Of a stretch of DNA of 64,000 nucleotides, positions 48,477 to 57,974 are shown in pieces. Origin of the DNA: Candidatus Dojkabacteria bacterium. GTDB lineage: Bacteria > Patescibacteriota > Dojkabacteria > SC72. The first letter of the stretch is position 1. Each line of letters begins with the position of its first letter. Location of the stretch: the NCBI GenBank assembly GCA_050943415.1, contig JBMNPD010000002.1, forward strand, positions 5,036-69,035, in the 5' to 3' direction. A program made the position numbers and the translations under genes. Below the pieces are notes generated by a model. The model made no database searches. It was given only the letters and a program-made list of their open reading frames with translations, and had not been told where the DNA came from.

Positions 48477-48663
48477 ACCTACTTTCTAAAATTGCAAGAG
48501 TCTGTAGTTCAAATTTATCTAGTCAAAAAAGAATATAGTTGCACTAGTCAGATTTTTATAGTCTAAAATTTTACTGTTTAAAAATAATTATCATTGAGTA
48601 TAATTATTGGGCTCGATGTGAAAAATTCCTCTTTTGAAAATTTCCTAATGTTACACAGATGGA

Positions 48664-50145
48664 TTAGTACGATTTTCCAAACACCCACTCTTCTGTACAA
48701 TCTTTTCCACAGTAAATACACTTACCTTTTTTTCCTATACCAGATTCTGGTAAGCATCTGGTAGTTGCTTTGGTTTCGTACTTAATATTTTCTTCACATT
48801 CAGGAGAACCACACCAATTTGCTAAAACAAATCCCAAATTCTCTTTAAATATTTTTTTCATCTCATCATACGACTCGACTCTATGGGACTTTGCTATCAA
48901 ACTCTCTTTTGATTTTCTGTATAACTCATTTTGAATATCTTGGAGAATATTTTTAATCTCTCCATTTAAAATATCAGAATCCAACATTAATTTTTCTCCG
49001 TTGTCTCTTCGAACAATTTGGCATTTTGACTCCTCAGCTTCTCTCCCACCTATTTCAATTCTAATAGGTACTCCTTTCTTTTCCCATTCATTAAATTTCT
49101 CACCTGTAGAAACATACTCTCTGTCATCATACATAATCTCATCTAAACCAAACTCACTGCTTAATGAACGATATACATTTCCTGCAAATTCCAATACTTT
49201 CTCCTTGTTTTCATTATTCCATATAGGAACTATTACTGCTTTTATAGGGGCAATATTAGGAGGCAACACCAAGCCATTATCATCAGAATGAGCCATTATT
49301 ATAGCACCCATCATTCTTGTACTTGCTCCCCAACTTGTTTGCCAAGGATATTTTCTCTCACCATCTTTATCTACAAACTGTAGATTGAATGGTTTAGCAA
49401 AGTTTTGTCCTAAATCATGAGAAGTGCTGAATTGGAGAGCTTTTCCATCTTGCATCATAGCTTCTGCTCCGTATGTGTTGACAGCACCTGCAAATTTCTC
49501 TGATTCCGATTTACGTCCGCTATATACCTCTAAAGCAAGATACTCTCTTGCAAAGGTAGCATACATTTCTGCTCTATCAAGAACTTCTTTCTCTGCTTCT
49601 TCATGTGTGGCATGTACTGTGTGACCTTCCTGCCAAAGAAATTCAGAAGATCTCAAGAATAATCTGGTTCTTTTCTCCCACCTTACAACATTTGCCCATT
49701 GGTTAATCTTTAAAGGTAAATCCCTCCATGAATTTATCCATTTTGAAAAAGTATCGTAAATTATGGTTTCAGAAGTAGGTCTAACTATCAATTCTTCCTC
49801 TAATTTTGCATCAGGATCAACCTCTACACCATTACCATCTTCCTTTTCTTTTAATCGATAATGGGTGACTATGGCACACTCCTTTGCAAATCCTTTAACA
49901 TGATCAGCTTCTCTTGAGAAGAAAGATTTAGGTATGAATATTGGAAAATATGCACCCTTAGCACCTGATTCCTTTATCATTCTATCCAAATTTTTCTGAA
50001 TATTTTCCCAAATAGCAAAACCGTAAGGTTTAATTACCATACAACCTCTCACAGATGAATTCTCCGCTAAATCAGCTCTTTCTATGACATCTAAATACCA
50101 CTGAGAGTAGTCTTCAGATCTTTTAGTTATACCTTTGTTTGCCAT
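48664..50145 (-). CDS. proS: prolyl-tRNA synthetase, archaeal/eukaryotic-type (class II, C-terminal Zn-binding domain, no INS editing domain)
   Basis: DWYLDVIERADL...VRGCMVIKPYGFAIWE. Class II motifs 2 and 3. C-terminal cysteine cluster (CGSPECEENIK...C..CGK). Confidence 0.85.
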   Translation of the reverse strand: MANKGITKRSEDYSQWYLDVIERADLAENSSVRGCMVIKPYGFAIWENIQKNLDRMIKESGAKGAYFPIFIPKSFFSREADHVKGFAKECAIVTHYRLKEKEDGNGVEVDPDAKLEEELIVRPTSETIIYDTFSKWINSWRDLPLKINQWANVVRWEKRTRLFLRSSEFLWQEGHTVHATHEEAEKEVLDRAEMYATFAREYLALEVYSGRKSESEKFAGAVNTYGAEAMMQDGKALQFSTSHDLGQNFAKPFNLQFVDKDGERKYPWQTSWGASTRMMGAIIMAHSDDNGLVLPPNIAPIKAVIVPIWNNENKEKVLEFAGNVYRSLSSEFGLDEIMYDDREYVSTGEKFNEWEKKGVPIRIEIGGREAEESKCQIVRRDNGEKLMLDSDILNGEIKNILQDIQNELYRKSKESLIAKSHRVESYDEMKKIFKENLGFVLANWCGSPECEENIKYETKATTRCLPESGIGKKGKCIYCGKDCTEEWVFGKSY

Positions 50146-50184
50146 ATACGCAGTATTTTACAGTATTTTTGAAATATTACCAGA

Positions 50185-51555
50185 CTAATATACAATTTTA
50201 GGAGCAAAACCCCAATGATCAGCTGCTTTTGCTAAAGCAGAATCAGGATGCTCTTTAATCCATTCATCTAAATTTCCTCTACCTAAAGCAATATCTTTAG
50301 CTTGTACTACAGCTTCTACCCCTGCCTCTATGCCCCAAGGATGACCTAACACTCCTCCTCCACACTGAATCATAATATTTTCACCTAAACGAGCGATGAC
50401 ATCTTGCAGTACACCAGGATGCAAACCTCCTGAAGCTACATGCCAAACAGGCTTCATACCGTACCAATTCTGACCAAGTGTAATACTTGATGGCGGAGTA
50501 ATATCTAATTCTAAAACATCTCTGACTAGTTTAGGCTCTCCATAGTTCTCCATTTTAGTCTTTGGTGCACCTCCATGAAAAGAGTCTACACCTAACAATC
50601 TCATAATTTTAGCAATGGCAACCATTGACATAGAGAAGTCTAAAATCTCTCCCTTATCATATACACCAGGTCCGGATTCTCTACTAAACAAACTATGCAT
50701 TGCTCTATGTGCATGTATTGCAAGGCCAGGATTTTTCAACCTCATTGTATGAACTGCAGAAAATCCAGTAGTAACAACATCCATCATCAACCACCTACCA
50801 CCATGAGCTTTTATGAGTCCTGCTCTGTCAAGCATAGTTTCCATATTCGAATGAGTTACATTGCAAAAGTAGAACTTCTTTTTTCCTGTACTCTCCTCGA
50901 CCTCTTTCTGCACTTCTAAAACAGCCTTACATCTATCTTCAAATTTGTTAAAAAACAAACTGGTTAGATTTTCATCATCTTTCATACCATGATATTCACC
51001 ATTTGCAGCAGTAAAGAGAATCCTTGCCAAATCAGCCTGTTCCTGTGCTGTTCTACCAACTTTTGGCTTTGGAACAGTAAGAAGAAGTGGACCTCTCTCA
51101 ATCTGCATCTGCTCTCGTATACCATCTATACCAAATTGAGGTCCAGGAAAGGCTTGTACCATCTTCCTTGGAAACCTAATATCTATGCATCTAAATGCCT
51201 TTAACATCTTCATTCCACCAACATTCCCAACAATTCCTGCAAGCAAACCTGACATATTATCAACTTCAAACAAATCTACCTTGTACGCAATTTTGAAAGT
51301 ATTGGTCTCTGGTTCAAGATCGTAAGCTACAGCTTTCATCTCATCAGCCATAGGTACACCAGAACTTTCACCATCATACACTTTTGTCCATGTACCTGTA
51401 GAACTCTCTGCTGCACACGCTCCTGCTACTTCCACAAACTTATCTTTAGCCTCATCGATCATTTCTACATCCAGATATGTAATGATGTAGTCCTCATCAG
51501 GATTTTTAGGTTGCCATCCTTTCGGTGCAACATATGGATTTTCTTTCTCAGCCAT
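50185..51555 (-). CDS. rbcL: RuBisCO large-subunit homologue, form II/III-like
   Basis: Catalytic K-D-D-E cluster (GMKDDENLTS). IHAHRAMH (His294 region). SGGLHPG loop. 456 aa. The GGLDF segment is altered to GEYHG. Confidence 0.8.
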   Translation of the reverse strand: MAEKENPYVAPKGWQPKNPDEDYIITYLDVEMIDEAKDKFVEVAGACAAESSTGTWTKVYDGESSGVPMADEMKAVAYDLEPETNTFKIAYKVDLFEVDNMSGLLAGIVGNVGGMKMLKAFRCIDIRFPRKMVQAFPGPQFGIDGIREQMQIERGPLLLTVPKPKVGRTAQEQADLARILFTAANGEYHGMKDDENLTSLFFNKFEDRCKAVLEVQKEVEESTGKKKFYFCNVTHSNMETMLDRAGLIKAHGGRWLMMDVVTTGFSAVHTMRLKNPGLAIHAHRAMHSLFSRESGPGVYDKGEILDFSMSMVAIAKIMRLLGVDSFHGGAPKTKMENYGEPKLVRDVLELDITPPSSITLGQNWYGMKPVWHVASGGLHPGVLQDVIARLGENIMIQCGGGVLGHPWGIEAGVEAVVQAKDIALGRGNLDEWIKEHPDSALAKAADHWGFAPKIVY

Positions 51556-51646
51556 GGCAGTTTTTGAATCAAATTAGACATTAATATTAAACAGCTAAAT
51601 AGTTGAAAAAGCAAATATATTCAACAGAAACATACGAAAAAGAAAA

Positions 51647-51720
51647 TCGGGGTGATCCGACTTGAACGGACGACCTCTACATCCCGAATGTAGCGTTCTA
51701 GCCAACTGAACTACACCCCG
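51647..51720 (-). tRNA. tRNA-Pro (anticodon CGG)
   Basis: Reverse complement CGGGGTGTAGTTCAGTTGGCTAGAACGCTACATTCGGGATGTAGAGGTCGTCCGTTCAAGTCGGATCACCCCGA. C1-G72 pair typical of tRNA-Pro. Anticodon loop TTCGGGA with G37. Confidence 0.8.
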
Positions 51721-51723
51721 CTG

Positions 51724-53514
51724 TTACATTTTCTCCACAGTTTCAATGCCCAGACAATACAAAGATGTTTTAATAACATTCATTACTGCTTTTAGCAAAA
51801 TGACCAGAAAAGCTTTCTCAGATTCAGGAGCATCAAGTACCCTTACATTTTGGTAGAAAACACTAAACTGTTGGGCAAGAGAGAATAGATATTGACATAA
51901 TGTTGATGGTGAATATCTCCTAGCAGAATCAAGCAGAGCAAATCTCGATTCGCTAAGTCGCGCCATTAAGTCTCGTACTTCAGGATTATTAGGAATTACA
52001 TAATTACAATCAGATTCTACATTCTCTATATTTTCAATCTTTTCCAATATAGAATTACATCTAGAATACGCATACATTATATATGGACCCGTATCACCAT
52101 CAAACGATATAGATTTCTCCAAATCAAACACAATATCGTTACCAACCTCACTTCTTAAAAAAGCATACTTAACAGCACCAACAGCTATCTTCTCACACGC
52201 ACTAGCACCAAGCCTTGATTGTTTGCTAGAATCGTTGGAAATCCCCTCCACTCTAGCAATAACCTCGTTTAACAAATCTTCACCTGATACATACCCACCT
52301 TTTCGACTTGCCATCTTCTTCCCTCCCGGTGTCTTTATCCACCCATGATGGACATGCACAAGACCCTCTGCTGCCTCTGGCGAAATCTTCCTTAAAGCAT
52401 CAAGAACAACTTCAAAATACCCTTTCTGCTCCTTACCTGTGATAATTATTGATTCATCATATTTAATCTGTTCATACTTTGCCAAAGCAAGCCCAAGCTC
52501 TTTCGCCTCATATGTAGGTAGTCCATACTTGTTCAAGAAAACCCTAGTATGTAAATTCTTTTCAGTATCACCTCTGTACACTACAGCACCATCATCTTCT
52601 TCAAACACCTTTCCAATATTTTCTTTGACAATATTCAAGCCACGTTCACCTACCTCACTTTCTAAGAAATAGTAATCAAACTTCGTACCTAAAACCTGAT
52701 ATATCTCCTCAAAACGATCTAAACACCATTGCCTTCCCTTTAGATATATCTCTTTCATACCAACTTCTTCGTACTTGGAAAAATCCTTCTTAGGTAAAGA
52801 CGGAATTGAAAAAGAGAAGATATAGTAGTTGATATTATCAATCTCATCTTTAATCTCCAAGTCATCACCATCATCATACGCATCTGCACCTAAAATATAT
52901 GCTTCCCCTAAAAATTTGACCCTTTCACTTAAAGATCTTTTCTCAATATCCTGAATTGTTAAACCTTCTTTGGCAAATTTCTCAACAACACCCCACATAG
53001 TTTTAGCAACATGCAAACCGACATCTCCTTGATATATGACTCTTTTAACATTCGTTCCTAAAACTTCCTGTAACCTACAAAATGACTCGCCTACTACATT
53101 GGTGTACAGATGCCCCACATGCAGAACTTTAAAAGGATTAGCATCTGTATATTCAATCAGTACATTCTTTCCACTATTTTCATCTGATTTGAAATATTCA
53201 TCTCCAAGCTCCGCAATCTTTTTTATCTCATTAACAAGGTATTTATCTGAAAGATAGAAATTGATGAAGCCTGGACCCGCCACCTCTACTTTTTCGATAT
53301 CCTCATCAATAGGAATTTTTTCAACTATCTCCTTGGCTAGTTCTACTGGATTCTTCTTAAGAACCTTAGCGAATTTCATAGCAACATTAGTAGAATACTC
53401 TCCCATATCAGGATTGTTTGGCTTCTCTACATCTATCTGATCAGTTGGAATATCATAATCCAAAGACAATATAGCCTCGCTGATAAGTTCTGTTATTTTC
53501 TTAGTAATATCCAT
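51724..53514 (-). CDS. argS: arginyl-tRNA synthetase
   Basis: N-terminal Add-1 domain. HVGHLYTNVVGESF HIGH-like motif. C-terminal DALR anticodon-binding domain. 596 aa. Confidence 0.85.
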   Translation of the reverse strand: MDITKKITELISEAILSLDYDIPTDQIDVEKPNNPDMGEYSTNVAMKFAKVLKKNPVELAKEIVEKIPIDEDIEKVEVAGPGFINFYLSDKYLVNEIKKIAELGDEYFKSDENSGKNVLIEYTDANPFKVLHVGHLYTNVVGESFCRLQEVLGTNVKRVIYQGDVGLHVAKTMWGVVEKFAKEGLTIQDIEKRSLSERVKFLGEAYILGADAYDDGDDLEIKDEIDNINYYIFSFSIPSLPKKDFSKYEEVGMKEIYLKGRQWCLDRFEEIYQVLGTKFDYYFLESEVGERGLNIVKENIGKVFEEDDGAVVYRGDTEKNLHTRVFLNKYGLPTYEAKELGLALAKYEQIKYDESIIITGKEQKGYFEVVLDALRKISPEAAEGLVHVHHGWIKTPGGKKMASRKGGYVSGEDLLNEVIARVEGISNDSSKQSRLGASACEKIAVGAVKYAFLRSEVGNDIVFDLEKSISFDGDTGPYIMYAYSRCNSILEKIENIENVESDCNYVIPNNPEVRDLMARLSESRFALLDSARRYSPSTLCQYLFSLAQQFSVFYQNVRVLDAPESEKAFLVILLKAVMNVIKTSLYCLGIETVEKM

Positions 53515-53535
53515 ATTTATACTATACCATTAAAA

Positions 53536-53609
53536 CGCATCCGGAAGGATTCGAACCCTCAACCCTCGGTTCCGAAGACCGATGCTCTATCCAGTTGAGC
53601 TACGGATGC
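53536..53609 (-). tRNA. tRNA-Arg (anticodon UCG)
   Basis: Reverse complement GCATCCGTAGCTCAACTGGATAGAGCATCGGTCTTCGGAACCGAGGGTTGAGGGTTCGAATCCTTCCGGATGC. Confidence 0.8.
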
Positions 53610-53914
53610 ATATACGCATATGGATATTATACCACTACTACTGCCTTTAAGGTGGATGTATAGGTACACAGCAAGTGGACAAACAGAGTATATTTCATAA
53701 ATATTTAAGATATTATGGGGTAAATATCAGAATCTTTCGTTGTTAAATTGTACTTTCCACATTTTCTTCTGTTCATTTATGAATGTGTATATGTAGCTGT
53801 CGGTTGGTTGTTAAAGTAGAATTTCTTTCTTATTATCTTGTAGTATCTTAAATATTTATGAAATAGTCTAAAGAAACCTTTACAGAGAGAGCAGATACAT
53901 CCACCTTAAAGGTA
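53610..53914. repeat. ~300-bp nested-inverted-repeat (MITE-like) element, copy 2, lying between two tRNA-Arg genes
   Basis: Perfect 18-bp outer IR CCTTTAAGGTGGATGTAT...ATACATCCACCTTAAAGG about 225 bp apart. Inner IR CATAAATATTTAAGATAT...ATCTTAAATATTTATG. Confidence 0.65.
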
Positions 53915-53988
53915 CGTACCTGGCCGGAATCGAACCGACAACCTTTGGTTCCGCAAACCAATGCTCTATCCAATTGAGCTACAGGTAC
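53915..53988 (-). tRNA. tRNA-Arg (anticodon GCG, as read from the sequence)
   Basis: Reverse complement GTACCTGTAGCTCAATTGGATAGAGCATTGGTTTGCGGAACCAAAGGTTGTCGGTTCGATTCCGGCCAGGTAC. Anticodon loop TTGCGGA. Confidence 0.75.
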
Positions 53989-54021
53989 ATTTCTAAGGAG
54001 ATGATATCACAAAAGCAGAGT

Positions 54022-54870
54022 TCAGAATACATATCGAACGTCTCCACTTTCGTAAGTTAAAATATATTGCACATTGTACTTTCTAAAAATTTCCAATGTT
54101 TCATTCGATGGGTGACCGAATTTATTCTTCTCACCACAAGAACAAATGGCCATCTGAGGTTCTAGCTTTTGTATGAAATTTTCGTGTGACGAAGTTCGAG
54201 AACAATGGTGTCCTGCTTTGAGTAAAAATATATTGTTTAAAAAAGAGTAGTCGTATAGCTCCTCTTCTACTTCTTTTTCTGCATCTCCCATAAGAAGAAT
54301 TTTCTTCTCTTTAATATACAACAAGGTAACTACAGATTCGTTATTAATATTCTTTTTTCTCTCCTCTAAAGAGTTTCTCTCAAATGGGTATATTATGATT
54401 CCAAACCACTCTCCGATTCGGACATCACCACCAGCCTCAACATCTACCAGTATGTCCGAATAGTTCTCAAGAAGATAATTATACCCATTGTTGCCATATT
54501 CCACAGGATTATACAGTATCTTTCCAACTTTATACTTTTTCAATATCGAATATATCCCTCCGATATGGTCTTCATGCGGATGTGTTAACACCAATACCTC
54601 TATTTCTCTGTCATACCAAGGCATGTATTTTGACAGTGCAAACATAACAGACTCGTCAGGACCTGTATCTACAAGCATTTGTTGAGTTCCTTGCTGAACT
54701 AATATTGCATCTCCCTGTCCTACATTTAAAAACACAATTTCTGGGTCTTTAATATATCTGACATTACCTTGATATGTATATACTACAGCTAAAAGAATGA
54801 ATAGCAGATCTATACCATTCTTGAATATGAACTGTTTAGCTTTTCTTAAGATAGTAATTGTACTGTTCAT
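54022..54870 (-). CDS. comEC: ComEC C-terminal metallo-beta-lactamase-fold domain (ORF 3 of a tripartite ComEC)
   Basis: FLNVGQGDAILVQ. VLVLTHPHEDHIGG. Overlaps the upstream ORF by 35 nt in another frame. Confidence 0.75.
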   Translation of the reverse strand: MNSTITILRKAKQFIFKNGIDLLFILLAVVYTYQGNVRYIKDPEIVFLNVGQGDAILVQQGTQQMLVDTGPDESVMFALSKYMPWYDREIEVLVLTHPHEDHIGGIYSILKKYKVGKILYNPVEYGNNGYNYLLENYSDILVDVEAGGDVRIGEWFGIIIYPFERNSLEERKKNINNESVVTLLYIKEKKILLMGDAEKEVEEELYDYSFLNNIFLLKAGHHCSRTSSHENFIQKLEPQMAICSCGEKNKFGHPSNETLEIFRKYNVQYILTYESGDVRYVF

Positions 54871-55804
54871 TTTTTATGGGATAAAAATATATTACCACGA
54901 TTATGAATACAAAGAGAAGTATAAATAACAAAGGTAATGCATATTGATCTGCTATGTTAAATGCTCCAAAACCTAAACTTTGTATCTTCATTACAATTAG
55001 TTCGAAGTATTTTAGTTGTAGGTTAACAATTGTAAAGAAGAAATACGAAATTTCTGATACGAACTTTGCACTTGCCAAGCCTAATATTCCAAATATCATT
55101 GTTGATCCTACGACTGGAAGTATTAGTACATTAGCTGGAACAGACCAGATGGACAAGGTTTTAAAAAAGAATATTGATATGGGAAGAGTTGATATAGTGC
55201 AACTCATAGTAGACAAGATGTTCTCCTTTACAAAGCTTGATGTTGGTAATACTTTTTCTAAAATTGGTTGAATGTATATTAACCCTATCATTGCACTTAG
55301 AGACAACAGAAATCCGGCATCAAATATTATTAGAGGCTCCATTATTAAAAATATTACAGCTGTTAGAGGGAGTGCAACATGCATGCTACTATCTCGTCCG
55401 AACAGTTTAGCTACGAATGAGAGACTACTCATTATACAGGCTCGAACTATAGAGGCAGAGAATCCTGAGAATATTGCAAACAGCCATATTACTATCAGGC
55501 TTAGAATTATTCTCTTCTTTTTACTCAAAAAAGAAGTCACTTTAGACAATGACATAGACAAAACAGTAATATTGTATCCAGAAGCAGAAACAATATGACT
55601 AACTCCAGCAATTCGCACTCCTTCTTCAAAATTCTTTTCCAGAAGTCTCTTAGATCCAAAGAGTATACCTGCAAGTAATGAACTTTGAGGCTCGTTTAAT
55701 ACAGAATCTATTTTTTCTTCCAAAAATATACGAAGATTAGTCAAAATATTTTTCACTCTGCTCCTCTTTACATTATTCTCACACTCAAGCAGAGGGTAAT
55801 CCAT
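54836..55804 (-). CDS. comEC: ComEC competence (membrane channel) domain (ORF 2 of 3)
   Basis: Polytopic. EPQSSLLAGILFGSKRLLEKNFEEGVRIAGVSHIVSASGYNITVL is the Competence-domain signature. Confidence 0.7.
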   Translation of the reverse strand: MDYPLLECENNVKRSRVKNILTNLRIFLEEKIDSVLNEPQSSLLAGILFGSKRLLEKNFEEGVRIAGVSHIVSASGYNITVLSMSLSKVTSFLSKKKRIILSLIVIWLFAIFSGFSASIVRACIMSSLSFVAKLFGRDSSMHVALPLTAVIFLIMEPLIIFDAGFLLSLSAMIGLIYIQPILEKVLPTSSFVKENILSTMSCTISTLPISIFFFKTLSIWSVPANVLILPVVGSTMIFGILGLASAKFVSEISYFFFTIVNLQLKYFELIVMKIQSLGFGAFNIADQYALPLLFILLFVFIIVVIYFYPIKNEQYNYYLKKS

Positions 55805-56487
55805 CGTAAAATATATTTTTTTGTTTTTAGAAAATTTTTGTAGTTAAAATCTTCAGAACTTCTTGGTTCCACAAGTTGTCCTCTTGATTTACATGTCTGC
55901 CCTATGTGAATGTTTTGAAATTTCTCAACTTTTAGAATTACACCTATCTCTTTGTTAGAAATTTTTTGCTCACATTCTCCCCTAGCCTGTAGTATGTTTA
56001 TGGTGACTTGTTGATTGGAATATTTTTGAGTAGGTTCTTCTGTAATGTAAAGCTCTCGTACTGTGGAACATTGAGTGAAACAATTTAAATTTTCCTCAAT
56101 TCTTCTCTCCGTAGTAATTGTAGACCAAAAGCGTATGACTTGAAAAAGCATTGCGCTATTGACAAAAAGCAGAAGAGTACAAAGTTGCATACACCTTTTG
56201 TTGTTGAAAAAACCTAATTTTTCTTGCTTAAAAATTTCCACTCCTACTCTAGTTTTTAACTTGATGATAACTGTAAGAAGAACAATAAACAGAAGACAAC
56301 AAAACAAGCCGATAGTTTGCGCCTCGTTTATGTTTCTTAGAATAGTGATGGTCAGCGGTTGTAGTAAGATATATGTCAAACAGAAAGCAATGACTTTGTA
56401 CTCATGTAAATACAGTAGCAACCCCTTAACTCTTCGTCTAAACTTCTCAAAGATTTTTCTTAAACTGTTTAACAATTTTAAATACAT
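55768..56487 (-). CDS. comEC: ComEC N-terminal region (DUF4131/OB-fold-like) (ORF 1 of 3)
   Basis: TM helices. Loop ending ...SEDFNYKNFLKTKKI (FDYR.YL-like). Same frame as ORF 3. Overlaps ORF 2 by 37 nt. Confidence 0.55.
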   Translation of the reverse strand: MYLKLLNSLRKIFEKFRRRVKGLLLYLHEYKVIAFCLTYILLQPLTITILRNINEAQTIGLFCCLLFIVLLTVIIKLKTRVGVEIFKQEKLGFFNNKRCMQLCTLLLFVNSAMLFQVIRFWSTITTERRIEENLNCFTQCSTVRELYITEEPTQKYSNQQVTINILQARGECEQKISNKEIGVILKVEKFQNIHIGQTCKSRGQLVEPRSSEDFNYKNFLKTKKYILRWITLCLSVRIM

Positions 56488-57239
56488 ATCTTTTCTCTAA
56501 ATTTTGCAAATGAACTCTCCCCTATTCCAGAAACATTCAATATATCCTCTATCTTTTCATATGGACGACCATCTATGATCTTCTGTGCAGTGCTTGGACC
56601 TACTCCTGTTAGTGAATCTAGTTCCTCCAGGGAAGCACTATTGATATTTATGCACTCCTCTGTATTACTACTACTCCCACCACTACTATTATTACTATTA
56701 CTCTCAGAAGAGCTAGTCGTGGTATTCTCTCCAATATCTCCTACACTATTGTTTACAATTATTTCTACTTTCTCTGCTTCTGGTAGAAAGCTTAATATTT
56801 TGCAATCCATTTCTTTTTCGAATGGGAAATATATTTTTTGATTTTCTACTATCTTCTGTGCTAGGTTGATTTTTCTTGATACGAATCTGTAGGCTACTTC
56901 GTTTGTAAATCCTCCTGCTTTGTTTACAGCATCTATGATGAGTGCATCCTTGGGCATACAGTACACTCCTGGTTCTTTTAAGGCTCCACTAACATCAACA
57001 TAGATGCTACAAGGTGTGTTTGTATCTCTCAGTATTTTCTTGTCCTCCAAAGGGATACTATCTTGTTCTACATCTACAGTAATTTGGCTTTCTACTTGTT
57101 TTTCTTCATAGTTTTCTTCTTTAGAATTAAGGAATTTTGTAATCACAAAGTGGTCAAAGAGTATTCCTAAAAGAAAAAAGATTACTGCTGTAGGAAGTAT
57201 GTATTTTAGCTTCTCTTTGGTGAATATATTCTCCTTCAT
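56478..57239 (-). CDS. comEA: ComEA DNA-binding competence protein (TM + SLBB + HhH)
   Basis: C-terminal ININSASLEELDSLTGVGPSTAQKIIDGRPYEKIEDILNVSGIGESSFAKFREKI is the HhH pair. Low-complexity S/N linker. Confidence 0.8.
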   Translation of the reverse strand: MKENIFTKEKLKYILPTAVIFFLLGILFDHFVITKFLNSKEENYEEKQVESQITVDVEQDSIPLEDKKILRDTNTPCSIYVDVSGALKEPGVYCMPKDALIIDAVNKAGGFTNEVAYRFVSRKINLAQKIVENQKIYFPFEKEMDCKILSFLPEAEKVEIIVNNSVGDIGENTTTSSSESNSNNSSGGSSSNTEECININSASLEELDSLTGVGPSTAQKIIDGRPYEKIEDILNVSGIGESSFAKFREKICI

Positions 57240-57274
57240 AGAGAATATATTACTAGATGATTATGAAATTTCGA

Positions 57275-57934
57275 TTAATTTTCAAGAATTTGAATACTCT
57301 CTATGATTACATCATTTTGTGGCTTATCGTTACTATCGACAGCAACTTTTTCAATTGAATCTACTACTGGAAATCCACTTGTTACCTCTCCAAAGATTGT
57401 ATATACTCCATCGTTTAATGCAGCGAGGTTCTTTTCTGAGATTGTTCCTGTGGTTATGAAGAATTGTGATCCGTTAGTATTAGGACCAGAGTTTGCCATT
57501 CCTAATGTGTATTTTTTGTACTGCCTACTGCTTGTTTCGTCTTGGAATTTGTATCCTGGGTCTCCTGTTCCGTCTCCTTCTGGATCTCCTCCTTGAATAA
57601 CGAATCCTTTTACTACTCTGTGGAATGTGAGGTTGTCATAGAAGCGTTCTTTAGCTAAGAAAAGGAAGTTGTTTACTGCTATTGGAGCATCTTCTTCGAA
57701 TAGGTCTAGTTCTATGTTGCCTAGGTTAGTTTTGATAATGGCTCCATAGTTTATACCCTGTAGTAGCACTTTTTCTGCTTGTGTATATGTTTTTCTTTGT
57801 TGTATTGGTGCTATATTTGTACTGTTCATTCCTTGTTTTGTTAAAATTAAGCCAAATACAGAGACTGCAAGTAGACCAAATGCTAGTAGTATTATTTTTT
57901 TTGATTCTTTTAATGAATCTGCTAGTGCACTCAT
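57275..57934 (-). CDS. cyclophilin-type peptidyl-prolyl cis-trans isomerase with N-terminal TM anchor
   Basis: FHRVVKGFVIQGGDPEGDGTGDPGYKFQDE. ...KYTLGMANSGPNTNGSQFFITT. Confidence 0.85.
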   Translation of the reverse strand: MSALADSLKESKKIILLAFGLLAVSVFGLILTKQGMNSTNIAPIQQRKTYTQAEKVLLQGINYGAIIKTNLGNIELDLFEEDAPIAVNNFLFLAKERFYDNLTFHRVVKGFVIQGGDPEGDGTGDPGYKFQDETSSRQYKKYTLGMANSGPNTNGSQFFITTGTISEKNLAALNDGVYTIFGEVTSGFPVVDSIEKVAVDSNDKPQNDVIIESIQILEN

Positions 57935-57974
57935 ATCTAAAGTTTATATTTTAAGTTAGATATAGTCAATCTTT

